From IMG/VR virus record IMGVR_UViG_3300017780_003662, positions 880 to 64,879 of that record: 64,000 nucleotides of DNA, one strand, 5' to 3'. The DNA comes from a virus. Its lineage: Duplodnaviria; Caudoviricetes. Shown here in pieces: positions 44,247 through 53,528 of this stretch. The notes under the pieces were generated by a model. That model made no database searches and was not told the DNA's origin. It worked only from the letters and a program-made list of their open reading frames with translations. The translations under genes and the position numbers were made by a program. Each line of letters opens with the position of its first letter. Position 1 is the first letter of the stretch.

Positions 44247-44379
44247 ACCGGGCGCGCTCTAACGTTAGAATCGGCCCCGGCCGGACCCCACCCTACCCGG
44301 TACCCCCCAAGGGCTGTTTGGGTCCGCCGGCTCGCTATGTGCTGAGTTTTATATCCACTAAACCCACTTAGCCAAGCTA

Positions 44380-44580
44380 GTTTACTCAGTACCTCTTAGT
44401 ACAATTCAGGACAAGCTAGTTTACTTAGTACAATTCAGGACAAGCCAGTTTACTTAGTACAATCCGAGTCAGGCCAGTTTACTTAGTACAATTCAGGACA
44501 AGCCAGTTTACTTAGTACAATTCGGAATGTGCCGACGGTTTACTCAGTACAATTTTACCCACGCTAGTTTACTCAGTACA
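44380..44580. repeat. Seven copies of GTTTACTYAGTAC, mostly at 29-bp period
   Basis: Starts at 44380, 44419, 44448, 44477, 44506, 44538, 44567, plus a partial copy near 44395. Confidence 0.9.
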
Positions 44581-44656
44581 TACTTCGCTCAGGATTTATT
44601 TGACGTTGTTATGTCCGTACGTTACATTCAAGCCATCACCCTGCCTTGGGTTGCCC

Positions 44657-45220
44657 ATGTATACACCCGTAGTGGATACTCACATTGAGTTTGCCGAGTA
44701 CGAGCCAACGTTTGAGACGTTGCAGGCTCGAGTCGATGCTGCCTTTTCTGCGCTGACTGATTTAGAAGCGGATGTGCAGGTTAGCGAAACGGACATCGTT
44801 AAGGCCCGGTCGGTGTTCATGGGGACGGAGACGGCAAACGAGGTGGACCTGTCCAGCCCTGGAACGGTCGTGCACCTTAAGGCGCTACTATCTGAATATG
44901 ATAAGCAAGTAATAGAATCTGCCAGTCAGCTGCGTACATACATTACTAATAAGTTAATCTACGAGACGTCCAGCTCTGACCCCCGGGTCCGGATCAAGGC
45001 CCTGGAGCTTTTAGGCAAGATCAGTGATGTCGGCCTGTTCACAGAGAAAGCCGAGATTACGCTAAGGCATCGGCCGACCGAGGAGCTGGAGCAGATGCTC
45101 CGTGAGCGGCTGTCTAAAGTGGTAGATGGCGAGACCCTGCCTATGCCGCACCCTGCACATCTCCGTAACGAGCCCATAGAAACGGTGTTTGATGGATCTA
45201 TCGACGCTGAATCCGTCTGA
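44657..45220 (+). CDS. terS: Probable terminase small subunit
   Basis: Precedes TerL; DPRVRIKALELLGKISDVGLFTE. Confidence 0.65.
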   Translation: MYTPVVDTHIEFAEYEPTFETLQARVDAAFSALTDLEADVQVSETDIVKARSVFMGTETANEVDLSSPGTVVHLKALLSEYDKQVIESASQLRTYITNKLIYETSSSDPRVRIKALELLGKISDVGLFTEKAEITLRHRPTEELEQMLRERLSKVVDGETLPMPHPAHLRNEPIETVFDGSIDAESV

Positions 45221-46700
45221 AAAAGCAGAGCTCCTTGCCCTGCTGGAAGAGCTAGAGGGCCGGAAACGGATGTCTCTATGCCAGAATGACTTTCTAGCGT
45301 TTATCGGCGCTGTCGATCTTAACTATAAGTTCGGCACCCACCTCAAGCGCCTCGGCAGTCTGCTGATGGATGTCGATAAAGGGCAAAAAGACCGGATTGC
45401 CGTGAGCATGGCGCCGCGTATGGGTAAGTCTCAGATGATTTCCATCTACTACCCTGCATGGTACTTGGGTCGCCACCCCGATCATAAGGTCATTGTGACC
45501 TCCCACACTGCCGATTTGGCTGTGGATATGGCGCGCAAAGTGCGCAATTTGATGCAAACCGCCGAATATCGGGCTATTTTCCCAGAAGTTTCTATCGCAT
45601 CCGACGCAAAAGCCGCGGGGAAATGGAATACTGCCCAAGGGGGCGAGTACTTTGCCTGCGGTACGGGCGGCGCCTTGGCTGGACGAGGTGCCCACCTCAT
45701 CATTGTCGACGATCCGCTGTCTGAACAAGCGCTAAAAACAGGCAATTTTGACGCTTTAGATTCTTTGTACGAGTGGTTTAGTGCAGGTTTGCGCACGCGA
45801 CTCATGCCTAACGGCAAAATCTGCATTCTGCACACTCGTTGGCACCAGCGGGACCTCATCGGGCGGCTAATTAAGGACGCCGCGCTTAATCCAGAGGGCG
45901 ATCAGTACGAGGTTTTTGAGTTTCCTGCCATTCTTAACGCAGATAATCCTGTAGATCACCCGACCGACCCGCCGAAATCGTTGTGGCCTGAGCAATGGAG
46001 CCTTGATTCGCTCCTGCGCACCAAAGCGTCGATGGCCCACGTGCTGTGGCAGTGGAATGCGCAGTATATGCAGAACCCGACTGCGTCGGAGTCTGCCATT
46101 ATCAAGCGGGAGTGGATCCAGTGGTGGACTGCAGACAACCCGCCGTCTGTATCTTTCATTGTCCAATCCTACGATACGGCCTTGACGACCAAGGATCGGT
46201 CGGACTACTCCGTGTGTCACACGTGGGGCGTGTTCTTCAATGAGGAGGACAACTCCACCAATGTTATTTTGCTCAACCGCGTTAAAGGCAAGTGGGAGTT
46301 CCCTGAACTCAAGCAGATGGCCCTGCAGCAGTTCCAAGATTGGGAGCCTGACAGCGTCATTGTCGAGGCCAAGGCCAGCGGCCAGCCGCTGATTGACGAG
46401 ATGCGCCGCAGCGGCATCTTTGTGCAGGACTTCAGCCCGGGCAAGGGACAGGACAAGATCGCCCGGCTAAACGCCGTTGCGGATATGTTTGCCTCCGGCC
46501 ATGTTTGGTTCCCGGAGACGCCGTGGGCCCAGGCAACTGTGGAGGAAATTATCTCCTTCCCTGCCGGAGAGCACGACGACGAGGTTGACGCCTGCACGCT
46601 TGCCCTTGCGCGGGTGCGAAAAGGCGGACTTCTCCCACTGCGGACCGATAACGAGGACAATGACCCGGTATTTTATCGTCGACGCGGGGGGTATTACTGA
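45192..46700 (+). CDS. terL: Terminase large subunit
   Basis: APRMGKS, ALAGRGAHLIIVDDP, RWHQRDL, QSYDTA, HDDEVDA. Confidence 0.95.
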   Translation: MDLSTLNPSEKAELLALLEELEGRKRMSLCQNDFLAFIGAVDLNYKFGTHLKRLGSLLMDVDKGQKDRIAVSMAPRMGKSQMISIYYPAWYLGRHPDHKVIVTSHTADLAVDMARKVRNLMQTAEYRAIFPEVSIASDAKAAGKWNTAQGGEYFACGTGGALAGRGAHLIIVDDPLSEQALKTGNFDALDSLYEWFSAGLRTRLMPNGKICILHTRWHQRDLIGRLIKDAALNPEGDQYEVFEFPAILNADNPVDHPTDPPKSLWPEQWSLDSLLRTKASMAHVLWQWNAQYMQNPTASESAIIKREWIQWWTADNPPSVSFIVQSYDTALTTKDRSDYSVCHTWGVFFNEEDNSTNVILLNRVKGKWEFPELKQMALQQFQDWEPDSVIVEAKASGQPLIDEMRRSGIFVQDFSPGKGQDKIARLNAVADMFASGHVWFPETPWAQATVEEIISFPAGEHDDEVDACTLALARVRKGGLLPLRTDNEDNDPVFYRRRGGYY

Positions 46701-46730
46701 TGTCCCGCATTCACCTGCAAGGATTAAATC

Positions 46731-49196
46731 ATGGCTACAAACGTAGATAAGGCGCTCACGCCCTCCCCGCTCGACCTGATTGGCTCCGGCATCGCGATTG
46801 AGATTGAGACGGAGCCTGCGGAGGTTGTTGAGCTCGAGGACGGGTCGGTTGAGATCGACCTCTCCCCCGTCTCGAGCGGCGGCTCGGATATGGAGGAGAT
46901 TCCCTTCGATGCCAATATTGCCGAACACCTCGATGAAGGTACCTTGTCCTCTCTTGCCTCGGATCTGCTCGATGAGATCGAGGCGGACATCAACAGCCGC
47001 AAGGAGTGGGTTGAGACGTACGTAAAAGGGCTGGAGGTGCTGGGCTTCAAGTATGAGGAGCGGATGGAGCCCTGGGAGGACGCCTGCGGCGTCTATAGCG
47101 CCGTCTTGTCGGAAGCCGCCATTCGGTTCCAGGCTGAGACCATGCAGGAGACGTTCCCTGCTGCCGGTCCGGTTAAAACGCTCATCCTTGGCGAGATCAC
47201 GCCCGAGAAGGAGAAAGCTGCCGAACGCGTGCGCGACGATATGAACTATCAGTTGACCGACGTGATGGTGGAGTACCGCACCGAGCACGAGCGGGCGCTG
47301 TTTAATCTTGCGCTGGCGGGCAGCGTGTTTAAGAAGGTCTACTTTGACCCCACCCTTGCCCGGCAGGTCAGTATCACGGTCCCGGCTGAGGACATTATTG
47401 TGCCGTACGGGGCGACCGCGTTGGAAACCGCGGAGCGGGTTACGCATGTGCTGCGTAAGACCAAGATGGAGATGCAGAAGCTCCAGGCGTCGGGGTTCTA
47501 TCGGGACGTGGACCTGGGCGAGCCCCGTACGTTCCACAGCGACCTCGAGAAGAAAAAGGCCGAGGGTTCGGGCTACTCACTCACCGACGACAATCGGTAC
47601 GCGCTGTTTGAGGGGCATGCGGACCTTATCATCCCCGGCCTGGACAACGCAGACAATGATCTGCCCTCCCCGTACGTGGTCACGGTCGACAAGTCCACGC
47701 AAACCGTCCTGTCTATCCGGCGTAACTGGGAGCCCCACCTACCCTCTACCTCCACGCCAACAGGCACAGCGACCGCCGCCCCCACCCCCAGCCCGCTCAA
47801 GCGTCAGCACTTCGTACACTACCCGTACGTGATTGGGTTTGGGTTCTACGGCTTGGGACTCCTCCACATCATCGGCGGCTACGCGCGAGCGGGCACTTCG
47901 ATCATCCGTCAGCTGGTCGACGCAGGCACTCTTAGTAACCTGCCCGGGGGGATGAAGGCACGCGGGCTGCGTATCAAGGGCGACGACACGCCTATCGCAC
48001 CCGGAGAGTTCAGGGACGTGGATATCCCCTCGGGGTCTATCCGCGACAACATCATGCCCCTGCCGTACAAAGAGCCCAGCCAGACCCTGCTGGCCCTGCT
48101 CAACCAGATCACCGAAGAAGGCCGACGTTTAGGTGCGATCAGCGATCTTAAGGTAAGTGACATGTCGGCTAACGCGCCGGTGGGCACGACGCTGGCGATC
48201 CTTGAGCGCACGTTGAAGCCCATGGCTGCCGTGCAGGCGCGCGTGCACTTCGCGATGAAGCAGGAGTTTAAGCTGCTCAAGGCGATCATCGCTGAGTACG
48301 CCCCGTCGTCCTACGACTACTCGCCCAACAAGGCGCCGAGGCGCGCGCGGCGCGAGGACTACGCGACCACTGAGGTCATCCCGGTCAGCGATCCTAACAG
48401 CTCGACCATGGCCCAGCGGGTGGTGCAGTATCAAGCTGCGCTCCAGATGGCCCAGCAGGCTCCGCAGATATACGACCAGCAGTACCTGCACAGGCAGATG
48501 CTCGAGGTGTTGGGCATCAAGAACGCGGACAAGATCGTGCCTATGCCCGAGGACCAGACGCCGCGGGACCCCATCAGCGAGAACATGTCGGTGCTCGTGG
48601 GCAAGCCGGTCAAAGCGTTTATCTACCAGGACCACGACGCGCACATCGCCGCCCACATGACATTCGTACAGGACCCCATGGTCGGCGCCACTATCGGGCA
48701 GAACCCCATGGCCCAGCAGATGCAGGCTGCCATGATGGCCCACGTCGCTGAGCACTTAGGGTTCAGCTACCGCAAGCAGATCGAGGAGCGCCTGGGTGTG
48801 CCCCTGCCGCCGCCTGACCAGCCCATGCCGCCTGAGATGGAGGTGCAGCTCTCCCGCCTCGTGGCCGACGCAGCTCAGCAGCTCCAGCAGATCCACCAGC
48901 AACAGCAGGCCCAGCAGCAGGCCCAGCAGCAGGCACAAGATCCCCTGTTGCAGCTGCAGCAGCAAGAGCTGCAGATCAAGCAGGCTGACGTCCAGCGTAA
49001 GGCTCAGAAAGACGCCCTCGACGCACAGCAGGCAGCGCAGCGGCTGGCGCTCGAGCAGCAGAAGGTCGCGCTTGAGCAGCGCAAGGAGGGCGCGCGCCTA
49101 CAGGCCCAGGACAAGCAGAACACAGACAGGCTCAAGATGGACATGTTAAAGACGGTCGTACAACAAGGGAGAAAACGTGGCAAAGACGGTGTTTGA
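46731..49196 (+). CDS. Portal protein
   Basis: 821 aa after TerL; helical, Gln-rich C-terminal barrel. Confidence 0.85.
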   Translation: MATNVDKALTPSPLDLIGSGIAIEIETEPAEVVELEDGSVEIDLSPVSSGGSDMEEIPFDANIAEHLDEGTLSSLASDLLDEIEADINSRKEWVETYVKGLEVLGFKYEERMEPWEDACGVYSAVLSEAAIRFQAETMQETFPAAGPVKTLILGEITPEKEKAAERVRDDMNYQLTDVMVEYRTEHERALFNLALAGSVFKKVYFDPTLARQVSITVPAEDIIVPYGATALETAERVTHVLRKTKMEMQKLQASGFYRDVDLGEPRTFHSDLEKKKAEGSGYSLTDDNRYALFEGHADLIIPGLDNADNDLPSPYVVTVDKSTQTVLSIRRNWEPHLPSTSTPTGTATAAPTPSPLKRQHFVHYPYVIGFGFYGLGLLHIIGGYARAGTSIIRQLVDAGTLSNLPGGMKARGLRIKGDDTPIAPGEFRDVDIPSGSIRDNIMPLPYKEPSQTLLALLNQITEEGRRLGAISDLKVSDMSANAPVGTTLAILERTLKPMAAVQARVHFAMKQEFKLLKAIIAEYAPSSYDYSPNKAPRRARREDYATTEVIPVSDPNSSTMAQRVVQYQAALQMAQQAPQIYDQQYLHRQMLEVLGIKNADKIVPMPEDQTPRDPISENMSVLVGKPVKAFIYQDHDAHIAAHMTFVQDPMVGATIGQNPMAQQMQAAMMAHVAEHLGFSYRKQIEERLGVPLPPPDQPMPPEMEVQLSRLVADAAQQLQQIHQQQQAQQQAQQQAQDPLLQLQQQELQIKQADVQRKAQKDALDAQQAAQRLALEQQKVALEQRKEGARLQAQDKQNTDRLKMDMLKTVVQQGRKRGKDGV

Positions 49197-49374
49197 AGTC
49201 CTCCGCACTACGCTGGGGGACGAGATTACGCGCGTGCGTGCACACCTCGCAGAAGGTAATGCGAAGGACTACGCGACGTATAAAGAGCTGTGTGGGGTCC
49301 TCCGAGGTCTGACCCATGCAGTCGTTGTTGTCTCAGACCTCGAGCACAACTACTTGGACAACGAGAATGACTGA
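49177..49374 (+). CDS. Small head-module protein
   Basis: AKDYATYKELCGVLRGL; coupled between portal and GroES-like gene. Confidence 0.65.
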   Translation: MAKTVFEVLRTTLGDEITRVRAHLAEGNAKDYATYKELCGVLRGLTHAVVVVSDLEHNYLDNEND

Positions 49375-49735
49375 AGAAACCACATTGACCGACGCAGAGT
49401 TTGAGGACCAGCTGCCCAAACCGGTCGGGTATATGTTGCTGATTGCGCTCCCGCAGGTTGAGGAGGAGTACGAGTCGGGCATCATCAAGGATGCCAAGAC
49501 GGTCTACCACGAGAAGATATTGTCGACCATCGGGTTGGTGATGGACATGGGCTCGCAGGCATACACGGACACCGATAGGTTCCCGCACGGCCCGTGGTGC
49601 GCCAAAGGGGACTACGTCATGTTCCGCGGCAACAGCGGCACACGGTTCACGTTCCGGGGGGTGGAGTATCGCCTCATGTCTGACGACAGCATCGAGGCGG
49701 TTGTCGCTGATCCACGCGGCATCAGCCGACCGTAA
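49367..49735 (+). CDS. groES: GroES-like co-chaperonin
   Basis: LPKPVGYMLLI, SGII, G.V..MG..AY, PWCAKGDYV.F, YRLMSDDSIEAVV. Confidence 0.75.
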   Translation: MTEETTLTDAEFEDQLPKPVGYMLLIALPQVEEEYESGIIKDAKTVYHEKILSTIGLVMDMGSQAYTDTDRFPHGPWCAKGDYVMFRGNSGTRFTFRGVEYRLMSDDSIEAVVADPRGISRP

Positions 49736-49744
49736 GGAGAGACC

Positions 49745-50689
49745 ATGGAGCAAGTTGAGTTTGAATTTCCGGATCCCGACAAGGAAGAAGCCAAGGCCCC
49801 CGCGGCTGAGTCGGCGGATACCGAGTTTGAAGTCGAGGTCGTAGACGATACCCCGCCAAAAGACCAAGGGCGCAAGCCTGCGGACCCTCCGTCGGAGGTC
49901 ACTGACGATGAGTTGGAAGGCTATTCCGAGAAGGTTAAGAAGCGTATCCAGCACTTTACTCGCGGCTATCACGACGAACGTAGAGCCAAGGAAACAGCCC
50001 TACGGGAGCGCGAGGAAGCACTACGCCTTGCACAAAGCATCATTGAGGAAAATAAGAAGCTTAAGCAGACCGTCAACCAGAACCAGGAAGCACTACTCGA
50101 GCAGGCTAAACGTGCCGCGACTGTTGAGCTTGAGCAGGCTAAGGCGCAATTCCGCGCTGCATACGAGGAGGGCGATCCTGATAAGGTTACGGCTGCACAG
50201 GAGTCGCTCACTTCTGCAAAGCTTCGCGCAGATAGAGTAGCTAATTTTAAGCTGCCCCCTTTACAAGCCGAAACGCCTGATGTAGAAAGTAAATACACCG
50301 CTCCGGCACCGCCTCCGGCACCGTCTGTCGATCCACGAGTCACTGCGTGGCATCAAAACAATCCGTGGTTCGGATCCGACGACGAGATGACGAGCTTTGC
50401 TCTGGGGCTGCATCAAAAGCTTGTTAAGCAGGGTGTCGACCCTCAATCCAACGAGTACTACGACAGCATCAACCGTCGTATGCGCCAGGTGTTCCCCGAC
50501 CAGTTCGAGGACGTCGAACCGGAAGAAAAACCCAGGTCTAAACCTGTGGTAGCTCCAGCGACTCGTACCACTGCGCCCAAAAAAATCGTGCTTACCAAGT
50601 CGCAACAGGCCATAGCTAAACGGCTAGGGCTAACTCTGGAGCAGTATGCCAGGCAGGTTGCTGAAGATATGAGGAAACAAAATGGCTGA
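49745..50689 (+). CDS. Scaffolding protein
   Basis: Acidic N-terminus, long coiled coil, W...NPWFG, AKRLGLTLEQYA C-terminus. Confidence 0.7.
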   Translation: MEQVEFEFPDPDKEEAKAPAAESADTEFEVEVVDDTPPKDQGRKPADPPSEVTDDELEGYSEKVKKRIQHFTRGYHDERRAKETALREREEALRLAQSIIEENKKLKQTVNQNQEALLEQAKRAATVELEQAKAQFRAAYEEGDPDKVTAAQESLTSAKLRADRVANFKLPPLQAETPDVESKYTAPAPPPAPSVDPRVTAWHQNNPWFGSDDEMTSFALGLHQKLVKQGVDPQSNEYYDSINRRMRQVFPDQFEDVEPEEKPRSKPVVAPATRTTAPKKIVLTKSQQAIAKRLGLTLEQYARQVAEDMRKQNG

Positions 50690-51116
50690 AAACCGAACTC
50701 CGCGTGAAGCTACCACTCGTAAACGCCGCTGGGCGCCCGCGTCCCTGCTGCCTGACCCCAATCCGGAACCGGGGTATACGTTTCGATGGGTACGCATGTC
50801 TACGTTGAACCAGGCCGACCCCATGAACGTTTCCGCAAAACTTCGCGAAGGCTGGGAACCGGTCAAAGCTTCGCAGCATCCAGAGATTCAACTGGCGGCT
50901 GTGGAGAGCGACAAGCATCGTGACAGCGTCGTGATTGGCGGGCTGATGCTTTGCAAGATCCCGACTGAGATGGCTGAAGAGCGTGACGCGTTCTATCGCG
51001 GACAAGCTGAAAGCCAGATGCGTTCAGTCGACAACAATCTTATGCGCGAAAGTGATCCGCGGATGCCGCTCTTCCATGAGCGTAAATCCAAGGTAACTTT
51101 TGGTTCAGGTACCTAA
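50682..51116 (+). CDS. Conserved head-module protein
   Basis: PGYTFRWVR, KLREGWEPV, GGLMLCKIP. Confidence 0.65.
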   Translation: MAENRTPREATTRKRRWAPASLLPDPNPEPGYTFRWVRMSTLNQADPMNVSAKLREGWEPVKASQHPEIQLAAVESDKHRDSVVIGGLMLCKIPTEMAEERDAFYRGQAESQMRSVDNNLMRESDPRMPLFHERKSKVTFGSGT

Positions 51117-51131
51117 ATTTAGGAGTCTTAA

Positions 51132-51764
51132 ATGGCTTATCCTACAGTTGACGCGCCTTACGGTCTGCGGCCGGTCAATCTGATCGGCGGCTTGCCGTTC
51201 GCCGGCGCTACCCGGCAGGTCCCCATTGCTTCGAACTACGGCACGGCCATTTATAGTGGCGACGTTGTGCAGTACAAGAACGATGGCACGATCATCATCA
51301 CCACCCTGCAGAACCAGACCAGCCCTGTTGCTGGCGTGCTTGGCGTGTTCCTCGGTTGCTCGTACACGAACCCGGCCACCAAGCAGAAGCTGTACTCCCA
51401 GTACTACCCCGGCAGCATTGTGGCTGACGACATCCAGGCTTACGTGTGCGATGACCCCAACACCTTGTTCAAGGTTGTGAACGTCACCAGCGCCGTTGCT
51501 GACGATGCCGCTGGCGGCCTGCTCCCCGCTTACATCAGCCGTGGCAATGCCATCGCCTGTAACGCTGAGCTCGTGCTGAACACGGGTGTCGCTGCGACTG
51601 GCAACAGCCGCATGGGCGTGTTTATCAATAACGTGACGACGATTCTGCCGATCCGCGTGGTTGATGTGGTGCCGGAAACCAAGAACACCTCCGGAAACTT
51701 CGTTGAATTTATCGTTAAGTTCAACGCTACCTACCACACATACAACGCTACTGCTGGCGTCTAA
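51132..51764 (+). CDS. Capsid decoration/cement-like protein
   Basis: Beta-rich 210 aa immediately before the MCP; APYGLRPV. Confidence 0.55.
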   Translation: MAYPTVDAPYGLRPVNLIGGLPFAGATRQVPIASNYGTAIYSGDVVQYKNDGTIIITTLQNQTSPVAGVLGVFLGCSYTNPATKQKLYSQYYPGSIVADDIQAYVCDDPNTLFKVVNVTSAVADDAAGGLLPAYISRGNAIACNAELVLNTGVAATGNSRMGVFINNVTTILPIRVVDVVPETKNTSGNFVEFIVKFNATYHTYNATAGV

Positions 51765-51776
51765 GGAGAGTAAATC

Positions 51777-52688
51777 ATGGCAATTTCTCGTGCCCAGCTA
51801 CTCAAAGAACTCCTGCCCGGCCTGAATGCGTTGTTCGGTCTGGAGTACAAGCGCTACGGCGAAGAACACAAGGAAATTTTCGAAACCGAAACTTCCGAGC
51901 GTTCGTTCGAAGAAGAAACCAAGCTGTCCGGTTTCTCCGCAGCTCCGGTGAAAAACGAAGGTTCTGCAATTGCGTATGACAATGCGCAAGAAGCCTGGAC
52001 CGCTCGTTACAACCACGAAACCATCGCCATGGGCTTCTCAATCACCGAAGAGGCGATTGAAGATAACCTGTACGACAGCCTGTCGTCGCGTTACACCAAG
52101 GCGCTGGCTCGTGCCATGGCTTACACCAAGCAAGTCAAGGCTGCCTCCATCCTGAACCAAGCCTTTACGGGCGGCCCCACCTACGGTGACGGCAAGGTTC
52201 TGTGCGCCACGGATCACCCCCTGATCTCTGGTGGCACCAACAGCAACCGTCCCACGACGGGTGCCGACCTGAATGAGACCTCGCTTGAGGCCGCTGTCAT
52301 TCAGATCGCTGGCTGGACGGATGAGCGTGGTCTGCTGATCGCTGCCAAGCCCCGCAAGCTGGTTGTTCCTCCCGCACTGATGTTCGTTGCAACTCGTCTC
52401 CTCGAGACCGAGCTGCGTGTTGGCACCGCCGACAACGACATCAACGCGCTGAAGAACAACGGTTCGATCCCCGAAGGTTACACCGTCAACCACTGGCTGA
52501 CGGACACCAACGCGTGGTTCCTGCTGACGGATGTTCCGAATGGTCTGAAGCACTTCGTCCGTACTCCGATGCAAACCGGAATGGATGGTGATTTTGACAC
52601 GGGAAACACCCGCTACAAGGCCCGCGAGCGTTACTCGTTCGGCGTGAGCGATCCTCTGGGCATCTTCGGTTCGCCCGGCGCAAGCTGA
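51777..52688 (+). CDS. Major capsid protein
   Basis: MAISRAQLLKELLPGLNALFG, FSITEEAIEDNLY, KPRKLVVPPAL, RYKARERYSFG; followed by a terminator. Confidence 0.9.
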   Translation: MAISRAQLLKELLPGLNALFGLEYKRYGEEHKEIFETETSERSFEEETKLSGFSAAPVKNEGSAIAYDNAQEAWTARYNHETIAMGFSITEEAIEDNLYDSLSSRYTKALARAMAYTKQVKAASILNQAFTGGPTYGDGKVLCATDHPLISGGTNSNRPTTGADLNETSLEAAVIQIAGWTDERGLLIAAKPRKLVVPPALMFVATRLLETELRVGTADNDINALKNNGSIPEGYTVNHWLTDTNAWFLLTDVPNGLKHFVRTPMQTGMDGDFDTGNTRYKARERYSFGVSDPLGIFGSPGAS

Positions 52689-52716
52689 TGTAAATCAAGC
52701 ACTTACGAGTGTTTGG

Positions 52717-52740
52717 AAGGGGCCCTGCGGCCCCTTTTTT
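52717..52740 (+). terminator. Intrinsic terminator after the MCP
   Basis: AAGGGGCC-ctgc-GGCCCCTT-TTTT. Confidence 0.85.
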
Positions 52741-52804
52741 GCGTGCTTTGAATACACAAATGCTTCTGTGATACATTACCTGTGTCGTAACCCAGGAGCT
52801 AAAA

Positions 52805-53446
52805 ATGGACACTTCAAACCTACCCAAGACCCGCGCCGAAGCAAAGGCAGCCGGAGCCAAGTATTACTTCACAGGAGAGCCGTGCAAACATGGCCACATC
52901 GCCCCCCGCAAAACCAAAGGCGCGTGTGTGGAGTGCTTGAAAGACGAATGGAAGCGCGGGGCGGTTACTCGGGCGGACTACTTTGCGGAGTGGAACCGAT
53001 CAGAAGCAGGCAAAGAATCTAAAGCCAAATACTACGAGCGCAACCGTGCCGCCGTTATAGCTCGGGCAAACGCGCGCCCGAATGAAGAAAAGCAAGCCTA
53101 CCGTCGAGTTTGGAAAATTGCCAATAATCTACAGGTTTTAGCGGATACAAAAGTTCGTCGCCGCAAGCATCGCCAAGCTACTCCGCCATGGATTACGCGC
53201 AAGCAAAAATCAGAAATGCGGGCGCTCTATCAGATAGCGATAACCATGTCTAAAACGACGGGGGAAGCCTACGTTGTGGATCATATTTACCCCCTGCGGT
53301 CGGAATTTGTTTGCGGTTTGCACGTGCCGTGGAATTTGCGGGTTATCACGCGCGAGGAGAACCTACGCAAGTCAAACGGCCTGCCGGATGATTCGGAAGC
53401 GTTAGCGTCTCCAAATGTCCTTGACCCCACCTCAGCCACCTGTTAA
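52805..53446 (+). CDS. Free-standing HNH homing endonuclease
   Basis: YFTGEPCKHGH...CVEC; VDHIYPLR...CGLHVPWNL.VI...EN..KSN. Confidence 0.85.
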   Translation: MDTSNLPKTRAEAKAAGAKYYFTGEPCKHGHIAPRKTKGACVECLKDEWKRGAVTRADYFAEWNRSEAGKESKAKYYERNRAAVIARANARPNEEKQAYRRVWKIANNLQVLADTKVRRRKHRQATPPWITRKQKSEMRALYQIAITMSKTTGEAYVVDHIYPLRSEFVCGLHVPWNLRVITREENLRKSNGLPDDSEALASPNVLDPTSATC

Positions 53447-53449
53447 AAC
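53421..53449 (+). promoter_or_regulatory. Probable promoter restarting late transcription
   Basis: TTGACC-17 bp-TAAAAC with extended -10 TG. Confidence 0.5.
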
Positions 53450-53457
53450 GTAGGTAT

Positions 53458-53528
53458 CCGGGAGTACCCGGTATATGCGACAGACCCGGCTGACGTCATG
53501 CAGACGCATATACCTAACCGCATGAGGA
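53458..53528 (+). ncRNA. Candidate structured 5' leader RNA
   Basis: 10-bp helix GGTATATGCG/CGCATATACC, CCGGG/CCCGG crossing helix, CATGC/GCATG pairing next to RBS GAGGA. Confidence 0.45.

Larger units (their letters stand above)
26865..44269. promoter_or_regulatory. Nine dispersed copies of palindrome TCTAACGTTAGA (26865, 36743, 37903, 40550, 41360, 41858, 42915, 43161, 44258)
   Basis: Exact 12-bp matches found by reading; degenerate copy TGTAACGTTAAA at 27594; none seen in the late arm. Confidence 0.8.

Noticed and set aside
26865-44269. Functional integron
   Set aside because: No IntI or other tyrosine recombinase recognised, and the 12-bp sites lack the L boxes and stem of real attC; kept only as an origin hypothesis
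44380-44580. CRISPR array
   Set aside because: Core is only 13-16 bp, linkers are ~13 bp and themselves repeated, and there is no cas operon; the Cas4-like nuclease sits in the replication module
49367-49735. GroES-like gene as a novelty
   Set aside because: Capsid-folding co-chaperonins are established in phage head modules (e.g. T4 gp31)
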